NCBI GenBank assembly: GCA_009602725.1
Contig: WELB01000025.1
Location: 570,989 to 634,988 of the forward strand
Direction: 5' to 3'
Source of the DNA: Spirogloea muscicola
Lineage: Eukaryota
DNA: 64,000 nt
Position 1 is the stretch's first letter; each line of letters begins with the position of its first letter. The notes under the pieces were generated by a model. That model was not told where the DNA came from and made no database searches. It saw only the letters and a list, made by a program, of their open reading frames with translations. Made by a program: the position numbers and the translations under genes. Below, one piece after another: positions 44,650 to 61,048 of the stretch.

Positions 44650-46640
44650 AGGACCTATGGTTGCCGATGATTTACCATGCTGCTGGCTCGCTCGTGCAGG
44701 TGTATCGAATGCGCCTGTCCGTCTCGCTGCAGAAGAGTACTCGTGTATTTGCAACAAACAAAGGCCAAACAGCAAGTACGAAGGCAAGCGCATCTGAAGA
44801 CGTACATCACCTGCAGCAGATTGACCCGCTCATGTATTGACCACGGGTCAATACATGAAGGTCGCTCATCGATGCCTGAATACTAGATGGCAAATACGAA
44901 GCCCTTCTGCCCTTCTACCTGCTGCAGAGGTCCATAGCTCGCGCGCTGCATCTGCGTGCCAGTCGTGCCCTCGCTGCGGCTTCTGGCCCTGGCTTGGGGA
45001 CCCGCTTCTAGAAGCCCAGTTTCTCCGACCTGCGGCTGCTTAGCAGGGGTTAGTCTTTCGTAGCTGTTTCTTTACATTTTATATGCGCTAGCCTTTGAGA
45101 GTTCCCTTTGGCCCTCCGACCTTTTTTCATGCCAATTTTGGAGCTGGCTACTCACAGCCCTTGCCCCCACTGGGAGAGCCACTTCTCTCTCCCAGCCACC
45201 GCCCTCTCATGAAAGCGTCTTTCTTTCGTCAAGGGAATTGCTTTCCGGCAATCCCCTTGAGTTACTGAGTGTATCGTAGCTGGTTCATTCCATTATGTGC
45301 TAGCTTTCGCGAATTCCCTTTGGCCCTCCGACCTTTGTTCATTCTTTTTTTGGGCTGGCCTCTCCCAGCCACCTCCCTCTCATGGAAGCGTATTTCTTCT
45401 TTGGGCTGGCCTCTCTCAGCAATTGTTGCCTAACATTTGAAGAGCTATTTCTAGGGCTGTGTCCCGACATTACAACGAGGTGCAGGCTGATGTCGCTGCA
45501 GGCTCTCTCGCCCAGGTGTATCGCATGAGCCTGTCAGTATCGCTGCTGCAGGTCAATGGCATACGCGTTGCATCTGCGTGCCGGTCGCGCTTTGGCTGCA
45601 GCCTCTGGCTATAGGCCAGGGGACCCGCTTCCTGAATACTAGTTTCTCTGACCTGCGGCTGCTCAATTGGGGATATCGAGCACCCAATGGCCATTGAGTC
45701 TCTGTGCTTTGACGCTTTACTGGGCCCCTTCGAACCTTGTTCACAGCATTCTCTGGGCTGGCCAATCACAGCCATCGCCCTCTACTGGAAGTATTTCTTG
45801 TTTATTTGTCATCAGAGTGTCATGTCTTAGCAGGCTACATTCCCATGGAAAGATTACACAGAGTGAAGGATGGATTCTTCGCATGGACGTTACGGGGCGT
45901 TTTGGGGCTTGGTGGCTGGACGTGCACAGGCTTGCGCGTCGAGCGGTGTCCTGACAACGGGCGGATGCCAACGCCGCTGACTGATGATTATTGAGCGCCC
46001 TCACTCGCAGGAGTCAAGTAGAGTAGTTTCGTGCTTCTTGTGCCTTCCGGCCCTTTCAGACAAGGACCACGCGGCGGGGTGGAGCACTTCCTGGATGGGG
46101 GATAGTTTACCGGCAGCTAGTCTGTCGGATGTGAGGCTCCTCACTCGTAACTACTAAGTGGTCCATCCTCCCCCGTTCTGCCATAGCCTCTTCAGGCCCC
46201 GCAGTCGCTGCTTAGCTCGTAGTTTGGCCCCTTCGAACCTTGTCAATTCTTTTCGGGCTGGCTTCTCACAGCCCTTGCCCCCTTTGGGAGAGCCACTTCT
46301 TCCTGGAGGCTTGGGGCCTTCGGGTCTTTGTGTCCTGCCACCGACATGCTACCGGATGTCCCTCGAGCGCTCCCAAGCGCTTGCTTTGCACCGCCGCACC
46401 GGTCGCGCCCTTGCAGCAGCCTCTAGCTTGGGCAGCGGGGTCGCTCTTCCTCCCCTCAGCTCATCTGACTTCCGGCTGCTGACACGGGGGTACTTAGAGC
46501 GCCCTGTCTGCCTAGCCTGGTGGATCCGTCATGAACACCTGTACGCGTCTGGCTGGCCTTTTACAGCCGCTCTGCTACCATCAGCAGCCGCATTCAGACC
46601 TTGTACTCTTCGTTTGGGCTGGCCTCTCACAGCCATTGCC
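44650..46640 (+). mobile_element. Cluster of at least five further CRE-like 3' fragments and tails
   Basis: Repeated AAGSLxQVYRMRLSVSLQ / LHLRAxRALAAASG / SDLRLL segments at about 44660, 44930, 45490, 46097 and 46350. Hairpin tails at about 45141, 45352, 45403, 45755, 46255, 46550 and 46616. Confidence 0.85.
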
Positions 46641-46709
46641 TTGAATTGGAATAGCCCTTTCCCGAGAACATTGGACAAGGTCTGAAATGCTGGAAGGCGC
46701 AAACTATAC

Positions 46710-46880
46710 GAATTCAATAGCAATGTCTGGAATTTTTGGACATACTCCTGTACTGTTCCAATCTGCAGAAGCACAGCCAGCTTGTCCCTGGCGATGCGCA
46801 TGGGGTCAATGGGCATAAATTGGGCCTTGGGCTTCGTCTGAAACTCTTCCCATGACTTTGTTCTTCCCTGCACTGTAACC
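46710..46880 (-). mobile_element. Ty3/gypsy-type Gag fragment
   Basis: KSWEEFQTKPKAQFMPIDPMRIARDKLAVLLQIGTVQEYVQKFQTL matches the retrotransposon gag pattern W..F...F.P....AR.KL..L.Q.G.V.EY...F..L. Confidence 0.7.
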
Positions 46881-47787
46881 TTAGGCCGCCTTAACATAGG
46901 GCTTCGCCTTGTGTGGCCCCATTCTTGCCTGACCGGTGTGCTGGCTTGATCTGGCCTCCTTCATGTCATGCGCACGGCACGCCTTTTCTCCTCCTGCCCT
47001 TGTTCCCTTGCTTGTGCCTTGCATCTGCAAGCTGGCCGTGCCTTCGCTGTCACCTCAAGCTACTGGTGGGGGTGACTCCAATCAGAACGTGCTTCCGAAA
47101 GAATGGGGTGTGTGCTAAGGGGGACGAGGGCTGTGAAAAGTGGGATTGCTGCTGGATGCAGGATATGGATCAGCTCAGCAGACAGCCAGGCAAACAGATA
47201 CGTTGCAGCACACCTTGAGTCTGGCAGCATTGCAAGCGCAGATCTCCCTTAGCGAAGGCCGAGTACCCCCTCCTTCAACTGCAAGCATACCAAAGTATGC
47301 ACATAGTGGCAAATAATAGCTTTGCCACCTTGCATATATTTGAGCTTAGCAACCCTCCTTGCAGGGATCATGAACTTGACCATGTCATAGTCAAAATCAT
47401 GATGAGTATGGACGTGCTTCTGGACTTGCGCAGCTCATTAGCGTCCAAGCCAGATTTGATCCAAGCCTCGACGATGTTGTTATGTAGGCACAACAATGGC
47501 TAGCCGAAGCCACTGCAATGCATTGCTTGGAGGCAACTGTGCAAGGGGCCATGTTAGCTTTGCAGGACGAATGTTGTGACACAATCTTTGACTGGTCTTG
47601 CCTCTAGATTAATGAACCTCGCTAACAACTTTGCCTTTAGTCTTGCGGTTGCTTGAAGAGGGAACGTGCGCACAAGTTTGACCGACGACTATCACCAATT
47701 TGTTCAGCTTTTGTGCTGTGGGCTCCAGGCAGATAGGCGCCACATACTCCATCTGTATTGCACAGCCGATCGATATGGTCACTACCA

Positions 47788-48080
47788 CTAAGCATGGCTG
47801 GCACCAGCTTGTGTTGAATGGTGGTGCCAGCAGATAATGACTGCCTCATGCATTCTTAATCGTACAAATATCTCATCAGCATAATTCAGATCCTGTTGCA
47901 GCCAGATTTGGCAGCTTGACTGGCACTCTTGGCTGTGTTCGTCATTGTGGGCAGCCTTAAAACAAGACTGTTCTACGATGCTGAGGGCCAATGGCGGCTC
48001 TTGACATTGTGGGCTCATCAGCGCCTCTTCAGTGTGCTTCATCACTAAAGTTTCACAAAGCTCCCGCAATTCATCCCCAG
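47788..48080 (-). pseudogene. Possible decayed BTB-BACK domain fragment
   Basis: DELRELCETLVMKHTEEALMSPQCQEPPL...CQIWLQQDLNYADEIFVRLR loosely follows the BACK pattern. No intact gene visible. Confidence 0.3.
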
Positions 48081-48590
48081 TACTACTACATCATCTATTG
48101 AAAAATCTCGTCTATCTTTAAGTGCTTGCCAGTCATCAACTTAAGTCCTGCAAGTCGATCTGGCACACTACCTACACCTACCCTGCATGCAGCACGCTCA
48201 CTGACTGCACCTCTCTAGGTGCAACTTGCCAGTACGAGACAGCTTGACGAGGCTACAGGCTTGTAACACCATGGCAGATCAGTCAGACACTAACCACCCA
48301 GGGTAGCACGCCATGGAGAGCCGCTCAGACTGTCATGAGGATCTGCATGTTGAGAACAAGGCAATGCAAGTATTGTCAAATGACGGGCAACCCACAACAA
48401 TGTTTTCATTAATTGCAACCCGTCTTGCCCGAGTAGGGGCACCAATTCAGCGTCAGGCCCAGCTCAAGTCGCAAGCAGAGTATTGAGCACACGTGAGGGC
48501 TTTACCTTCCTGATGGCTCTGCAAACTCAACGTTTCTGTTCTCTGCCACCACCTTTGCCTCCCGCATGCTTGGTAGCGACAGCCGGCCGC

Positions 48591-53211
<4,621 letters not shown>

Positions 53212-55791
53212 CTGCGGGCAGGCCGCGGCCGCGGAGGCGCCGCGCCGCCGGCACGGCGCGGGCGTCCGAGAAGGGCGCGGACGACGTCCCGGCCTTCCAG
53301 GTGAAGCGCCTCCTCCGCCACGGCAGCCGAGCACAGAGCCAACCACTAAACCCTGCGACCTCAAACGTGCTCCTTAAACCCTGAGCCCTGCTCCAGTGGA
53401 ACCGCCACAACTCTTTTTGAAGCTACTCTTAAATCTCATACACCTTCGCCACAACGGCGCCAGTCTCTGGCGCGCCCCCAGCTGAGCTCTGGGCTCCGCC
53501 AGTAGCCTTCTGGGCTGCAGCTCCGCGGCCACCCTCGACACACTGGGCAAGAGATGGACTGCATGATGAGTGATGGAGGGCCTGAGCGGCCAAGTACAAA
53601 CGTCCGGGCCTCCTTTGCGCAGGCCTCAGATGGGGTGATCGAATTGCTGTAGTATATAGTACAGTCTGACTTGTCATATAGTACTAGTATATGAGTACAA
53701 TTACTGTACACAGTAACCACGTCTTATACTGTGTACTCCTCTATAGAATACTCTTCCATAGAGTAACCCCACAATACAATCAGACTAGCGCACCGCTCCT
53801 CTCGCTCCGCTGGCAGCCGGAGGCCGGCTCTCCCACAGGCTCCGGTTACGCACAGCCGGCGCCTGCCATGCCTTAGTACAGCAGAGACCTCTGGGTCTCC
53901 TCACTCTAGCACCTGGTGCAGATTTTCCTGCAGGCCATGTGTTGGAAGTGGCACCCAGCTTACCTCGGCTAGCTCCGCTATTCTGCAAGTCCTCGGCATT
54001 CCTGCGCGTTTATGTCGTCCTGAAGTGCAAAGCTCTTGCTTGCCGGGCTGGCTGGTGTGCAGGGGTTCCCGCCGATGCAGACCAAGCCCAAGTTCTACTG
54101 GCGCATCATTGCCCTCATCCCATACCTCCTGCCGCTGAGCGAGGCGTGGATGTACTCCGAGACCGCCTACAGGTCCGCTCAGCTCCAACTGGCCTTCATG
54201 GCCGAGTACAGGGATTGATGAGCTCGCTGTCAGAGCCTGCGTACGACATATGTCGGCCTAGTGCGATGCTAGCACAGTGGCGATGCAGTGTGGTTTTGAT
54301 GCTTTGGCAGCTTCTCAGCTGCGGAGTCAGCCACTTCAGTACACGCTGCATAAATTATATTCGTCCCGAGCTGCTGTGTCATCACAAATGCTCACCACTG
54401 TGCCTCATGATCCTCAAGCTTGTGAAACGTTGGGCCTCACCCTGTTTGCCAATGTTCTATTTTGCTGGGACAGCTTACACCCGCTCCTTGAGAACTACGA
54501 GTTCCTGACGTACCCCTTCCTGCAGCTGCTGGGATCCCTCCCCCAGTGGTTCCTGCTCGCCTACTTCTTCGGTGCCTACCTGGTGCGTGCATCTTGCCAG
54601 CAGCACCACTTGACAGCTTCTCATGGCAAGCCACCTCAAGCACTTGCCCATCGAGAGACTTGTCTTGTGCCTTGTGAAGGAGCTCTGGTCATGAGATTCT
54701 AGCCCTTTGCGTTATTTGTGAAAGCAAGCTCCACCCATCAAAAGAATTCTGTGCTTGACCTGACCTACAATAGTCAAGGATTGACTATGTGATCTACCTC
54801 ACCTTTGATGTCAGGGCGTAGTGCGGAACAACCGGTGGCCGCACTTCTTGCGCTTTCATGTCGTCACAGCCATGCTCCTTGAGATCATTGTCCAGGTCTC
54901 GTCCTCTTCCCGTGTGTCACTTGTGGAGGCATGATCGATGCATCAGCTGCTTAGGTGCACAATTAATCAAGCATTGGCTTGATTTGCCGTGCTGTTTGAG
55001 TGTTTCTTTCAGCGTTGTTTGGATATCCTAGCCACATGAAGTGTTGGGGCTGCAAGCGCCAAATGCCAGGCTCTAGCGTCCAGATTCAGTGACCCTTAGA
55101 TCCGCACAACACTAATAGTCATGCGGCACATGCTTGTGTGGCAGGTGACTGGCACAGTAAATGACTGGGTGCCGCGGGCTGTCTACTGGGGCCTGCTGGG
55201 CGCCCACTGGTGGCTGGCTGTTAGCTTCGCCTTCATCTTCGTCGTCCTTGAGTGCATGATCTGCGCCCTCCGCGGAATGTATGCAGGTGAGCTGCCTCTG
55301 TTGATCCTGCAATTATAAAAGGTTGTCAACACAAAGCTGCTGATAGCAGAACACTGGCAGCCCCTTCACACCTTGCACAACCAGTTAAGCAGGAAGGAAG
55401 CAGATAAAAGAGAAGCAATTTTCGCATGAGCGAGGAGTACTGTTTGCCTTTGGGATGTCCAGTTACTTAAATACTACTCTTTGCCTTTGAAGTGTCCAGT
55501 AACTTAATGCTTGCTGCCTGCTGCCTGCCTGCTCGCACTGCAATTTCATCGTTCTTCATTAATGTGGTCTGGTTGTGCTATACACACAGATGTCCCCTTC
55601 TTGTCGGACGCTTCATATATGCAGGTCATTGGCACGATCCATATGTGTTGTACTGAACCTGGCCGTATCACTACGCAGCTGCCAGTGCTTTGTGGAAGCA
55701 GAGTCGTCACCATTTTACAACTTGCTCTCACGCACCAGGTCTCTGACTTCTCGTGTGTGTTGTTTCGATATGACAGATCCCGTATGAGTAG
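53212..55791 (+). CDS. TIC20: Chloroplast inner envelope translocon TIC20-I-like, multi-exon; start lost in gap
   Basis: FPPMQTKPKFYWRIIALIPYLLPLSEAWMYSETAY|SLHPLLENYEFLTYPFL..WFLLAYFFGAYL|GVVRNNRWPHFLRFHVVTAMLLEI|..ICALRGMYA|DVPFLSDASYMQ|IPYE*. Confidence 0.93.
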
Positions 55792-57126
55792 GCAAGCCAG
55801 GTTGTTCCAGACTTCTTGATGAAGCAGAGTACATTGGTCAATGACTTCTGCGTGCTAGTAATCAGATTCTTAGTCCAGCATTTTCATGACCTCAAGACTG
55901 TGACTCAGATGTCCCCACCTACCCGGCTGCTTCCATTACTTTTCTTTTGCTCTAGGCCGGCTTGACATGGCCAGCCATGGAGAGACCTCATTTAGCACAC
56001 GGCGTGTTGCTCAAGCAAGAGTATGGAGGGCTTCTACACAAACTTCATGCGTCGAGAGTAGTCCGTGGATGAGAAAGCAAAGTGAAGGCAATCTCGTGAT
56101 AAGCTGAGTAGAGCAGAAGCCCCACTCATTCCAACTGCAACAAAAACTCGATTCTGAGAGACTTAAACCTGCTTACTTGCGGTGACTAATAGCTTGGCAT
56201 GGTGCAGAGTTGGCTTGAGCCTCAGGCTGTCTTGGCCCTCCGCCTTCCATTTATGGGCTGCATAAATATGATAACATAACACAATTTGCCGTCACAGCAG
56301 GTAGTGTATACATCAGCTTCCTGTGCCCCTCAGTGCCTGCTTAGGCATATCCAAAGCTTGACAGGCAAAGAGGGTCTCCAAGCGTAGGATTAACATGCTA
56401 GTCACTGAAAAGAAGGTGCGGCTTGAAGGGAACATCTACATTACCAGACCCGCGGAGCCGGAAGGATGATGTCCAAGTCAAAGCGTCACAAGAACGAGAT
56501 TGTCAGCGACCAAGGTCAACTATGCCCACGTTTACTGTGCAATAGGGTCATCTCTGATGGGCAGGTAAGCTGACCGAACGGCTGGCATCAGCAAGCAGTG
56601 TCTGCAATGCGCCCTCCGCCTCGCCTAGTAGTCATTACATGGGGGATGCAACTCACTTCATCAAAACAATGTGGCAGAGGTTAAAGGCTTCAATTCTGAC
56701 AGACGTACACGACATGGTGTCTAGGGGGTGACATGTGTTAACAGTGAGAGGTTTGGTGGTTTTATGTGGTTTTGGTTGTGGTTTGATGTGACAGAGAGAG
56801 CCGATTCTCGTAACTTGCAGACCTTTGGCACATAATTTCCAACAAAATAATAAAAGGTGGGACATGCTGTTAGACACAACATGCCCGCCATCCCACCATA
56901 ACCAGGCAAAATTGGTGGTGGATGACACATGCAATGTGACCCACCGGGATCCCAACCAGTGCATGAAAATCTCTGCGAGGAGACGATGACACTGCTAGTT
57001 TGACCCTAGCAATTTCTGTCTAAGGACACCTCTATCAGTTCCTCCATATCTCAATCTCATGATGCCCAAAATACAATGTCTTTGACGTCTCTTTGCACTG
57101 GAGTCACAATAATTCGCCAGATTTTA

Positions 57127-60100
57127 TCAGTAGGTTGGCGCTTGCAAGAAGACATCGTCAGCATTACCGTCACTGCAAAAAAGGCCTGGATTCTGGGTGA
57201 AGCCCTGCTGGTGGAGCATCTGCCGAGCTCCCAGCACCAGCTGTCGGAATGTCACCTGCCCCTGCTGTGACAGAATCGTCTGGATGGAATGGCTCAGCGC
57301 GCCATATGCCTGCCGAGGATTTCCTGCTGGATCTGCATAGGTCAGCCACATGGGGCATCACATACAACATCCCACGTGACCAGTAGTATCTCAGCTGACA
57401 GACTTGCTATAAGTCTAATCTCATTGGCATTTGGCAGAGCTTTACCAATATTACTCTATAACAGTATAACAGTAAAACAGTATAACAGTATAACAGTGCA
57501 AAATCAAGCAGTATGGATTAATGGATTAATACATTCATACTACTCTACTCTAAATGCTTTTCCACAGGGTATCTGTGAGGAGAAGCAAGTCTTTATCTGG
57601 ACCTTAGCATGCATCTGGCTCAACGAGCTTGCAAAGAACACCATGGGCACAAGCGACAAGACAGGAGGAAGGCTACAGCACCAGCATCAGCTGAGGTCTC
57701 ATTGTGCTGGCAGCCACTGATAAGGATGCCCATATCGCCACGAACGGTGGCCCCCGGTGGCCTCCAGCCTGCATATGCCATGTGGGGCTGTACATTGCCG
57801 CCGAAATTGAATGACGGACCGCCCTGACCGCCACCATAGCTGCCACCTCCACCAGTGACACCTCCCGAGCCAGTTGCAGAGTTGGCAAGCTGCTGCTTCA
57901 GGTAGCTGAGCGCCGCACCCTGTACCATCCCAAACAGCCCCCCACTGCTGCCGCCGCCTCCTGCTCCAATGCCGCTGCTGCCGCCGCCAAACTGGCTTCC
58001 AGCATACTGTGCAAGGACCTTAACGAAGGTTTTCACCATGGGACTGCCAACACAACAGCAGTGAACTTTTCACAATGTCAGTAAGGTGGATCTGCTGTTG
58101 ACCATGCTGACTATGTCCAAGCAGCAGTCCTGGGGGAACTGCATTGCTCCCAGTTGAAAGTGGCTCTATGATGCGGGTCACTTGAACACGTTCTGAGGAG
58201 CTGCAGAAGTGCTGGTGACAGGGCCGTCCTTCACAGGTCACACGAGACGCGACCATTGGCTCACCTGGCATCGTCACCGAACATCTGGAAGAGGCTCGTA
58301 CGGATGTTGCCGACCCCCACATCCTGTCCGCTGCGCTGGCTCAGAATTTGCATCAGCATGTCCAGCGGAATGGCTTTGTTCGCATGCTGCAGGGCGCCAC
58401 CGCCACTGTTGCCGCCGTAGCCGCCGTACCCGCTGGGCGCCTGCCCCTGCGCAGCACCCGGTCCGTACTGCCCAGGACGCCCCGGGGGATATGCAGGCTG
58501 GGTGCCGTCACCACCGTAGCCGCTGCTGTAGCCGCCACCGTATCCGCCGCCGCCGTAGCCGCCGCCGTAATCGGCACTAGGCCCCTGATAGGGTCCTGCT
58601 CCATAAGGTGGCGGTTGCTGGGGCCCTCCAGCCGGAAAGTCGCCACCATCATATGGACCTGGTCCAGGCTGGAAGATGCCAGCGGCGCCAACGCCGCCGC
58701 CCTCACCGGCGTCGTACTCGCCATGATGATGATGTCGCAGTCGCTCGCCACCACCATAGTCGAACGGCGGCCCACCTTGATCTTGAGGGGGCATGCCACC
58801 ATACGCGTCGCTACGTCCTCCATACGGCTGCGGGAGGGGCGGTGGACGGTCGTACTCCTGGCCGCCATAAGGGCCGGGGGGAGGACCGGAGAGTTCTGGT
58901 CCTTGGCCGTAGCCGCCGCCACCATCGCCGTACTCGCCAGGTCTCGGTGGCGGCGGTCGACCGTACGCGTCTCCGCCCATTATCTCAAAGCGTCCTCCAC
59001 CTGTGCCGTATGGCGGCAGACCACCACTGGCCTCGTAGCGATTGCCGCCACCATTGAAGTTACCCTCCCCCCCATAACCTTCCTCGCGACCAGCTCCATA
59101 ACCGCCGCCAGCGTACTCAGCCCTCGCTGGCCCGCCTTCGCCTTCATAGCCTTCCTCTCGGTGGTGGTGGTGGTGCCGGTGATGCTCGCCACGCTCCTGG
59201 ACAGCGCTGAAGTTGTCGCCCTCCAGAAAACCCCGTTCACCAACGAAACCGAAATCTGTGAGATCTCGCGTACCCAGCCCCTCTGGAATGTCCCGGCTGC
59301 CGCCGTTTCCATCATCGTCCAAGTCCTTCTTGCCAAGAACACTGCTGAACATGCCAATCAGCCCCTGCAGGCCACCGCCACCAGCCCCAGAGGCGGCTGC
59401 CGCCCCGGCTCCGCCAAGCTGCTCCTTCTCGTGGTCGATCAGACCACCGCTGTGGCAGGAGTCCGCGATGACGATGAACTTCACGCCGTCAGGAACACTG
59501 TTCACGATGTCGCGGAAGTCATCGTCTGCGCCCGCCCACATCATGTAGTCAACTCGAGGCTTAGACTTACGTAGTCACCACATGCAAAGCCCTGAAGCAG
59601 CTTCAACCCAAAGTCCCTTTCAAGCATTTAAGGTGCAGCGACTGCCAGTCAAGGCCGTGATGCCAGTACTGCTCGCAGATGCATACCGACCAGTGAGCAG
59701 GTTCATGTCAGTGGGGACGATGCACTGCTCCCGCCCGTCGTCGTCAGGCATTCCCGACTCCTGAGGGATCTCTGTGCCGTGGCCGGAGAAGTGGAAGAGC
59801 ACGACGTCGCCCGGCGCCGTACCACGCGCGATCTTCGCCAGTGCGCTGCGAATGTTGGCGCCCGTCGGCTGCGGGTAGCTCTGAGAATCCGAGGTTGGAG
59901 GCAAATGGGCGCAGCAATCGTCATTAGCGTAACATGCATTGAGCTCTGTGCATTGTCATTCATGGCAATCAAGTCACCCCAACAAGCATCAGCCTGGACT
60001 ACTCAGCCATCCTTGGAAGATAGCGTACTAGCTCACACATGAATTTTGTGACCAACGGTATGTTTAGCCTTAGCATATAACTATATGTGTTCTTATCAGT

Positions 60101-60749
60101 CATTAGGCTTCAGCCGGGTCCATGCGGCTCGCAATAATGCGCAGCATAGCCTGGACCAGCACAGTCGGAGGAGCGGCCAGCGGCGGCAATGGTGCCGGAC
60201 CTACCCGGTCGGTGTCGATCATGACGACCACGTCGTCGGGCGAGAAGCCGAAGCGCCGCAGCAGCAGCGTCCGCATGGCCATCACGTCGTTGACGCACCC
60301 CTTGAGCTCCACCTGCGAGCCATGCCATGGCGGCCAGCTGCCAGTGAGGGGGGGCCATCGCCTACCGCTGGGCCGTTTCCGCAGCCGGGCGCGACGCCGC
60401 GGCGACTCTTCCGACGACGACGACGACGAAGACGACCACAGCCACCGCTGCCGCAGCCCGGCGACGACGCCGCACTCGCCGCCGCAACCGCCGCCGCACT
60501 CGCGGCCGCCGCTGCCGCCGCCGCAATTGCCGCCGCCGACGCAGCCGCCGCCACAATCGCCGCCGCAACCGCCGCCGCACTCGCCGCCTCCGCCGCAGTC
60601 GCCGCCGCAATCTCCGCCGCAGTCGCCGCCGCAATTTCGGCGACGTCTCGACGACGGACGGCCCACGGCTATCAGGCGGTGACACAGCGCGGCACACGCA
60701 CCTGCGTGCCTGGGTAGTTGCAGCCGGCCAGCAGCGCCCGGCGGGCCAT
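57127..60749 (-). CDS. Type II metacaspase, 6 exons, with a greatly expanded linker
   Basis: [26 protein letters not shown]..|[18 protein letters not shown] (catalytic His)..[28 protein letters not shown] (catalytic Cys)..[16 protein letters not shown]|..[19 protein letters not shown]. Confidence 0.95.
57457..57496. repeat. (TATAACAG)5 tandem repeat in a metacaspase intron
   Basis: tataacag tataacag taaaacag tataacag tataacag. Confidence 0.85.
60465..60640. repeat. GC-rich 9-12-bp minisatellite in metacaspase intron 1
   Basis: Reiterated (t)cgccgccgca(a/c/g) units. Confidence 0.8.
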
Positions 60750-60965
60750 CTCGGCAACGACCGCGTCCTTCGCGCGCAGGCGGAGCCGCCGCCGCCGCCG
60801 CCGCCGCCGCCGGGGACTGCGGCGCGTTGCGCGGCGGCCTCGCTGGCGGCAGGCGGCAGCACTGGTCGAGGGCGCCAAGTGGCGGGGAGGCGCGGGCTTC
60901 GGCCAAGTGGGAGAGGGAATTCCTGCGGCTTGACGGAATTCCTCGAGTCATCCTCGGGACAGAGC

Positions 60966-61047
60966 GCGCGCGGTGCGCATGAAACAAAAAGGGAGGCCAA
61001 TTCTAGCCTTACAAGTGTCCTGTCAACTGGGTAATGAGCTGGCTAAG
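60966..61047. repeat. 82-bp dispersed repeat, copy 2
   Basis: 75/82 identical to 13910-13991. Confidence 0.92.
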
Positions 61048-61048
61048 T

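Noticed and set aside
53660..53790. AT-rich MITE-like segment in TIC20 intron 1 (agtctga(c)ttgt / acaatcagact)
   Set aside because: Short imperfect inverted repeat, single copy, no TSD; insufficient support.
56721..57009. hAT-like MITE (ctaggg...ccctag)
   Set aside because: Only 6 bp of inverted match and no target-site duplication.
58348..59574. 408-aa plus-strand ORF
   Set aside because: Antisense shadow of metacaspase exon 4.
60966..61047. Hammerhead or twister ribozyme, or U2 snRNA, in the 82-bp repeat
   Set aside because: GAAAC..GTC is present, but the core reads GTAATGA rather than CTGATGA and stem II does not close. The U2-like words (tggctaag, caagtgt) are in the wrong order.
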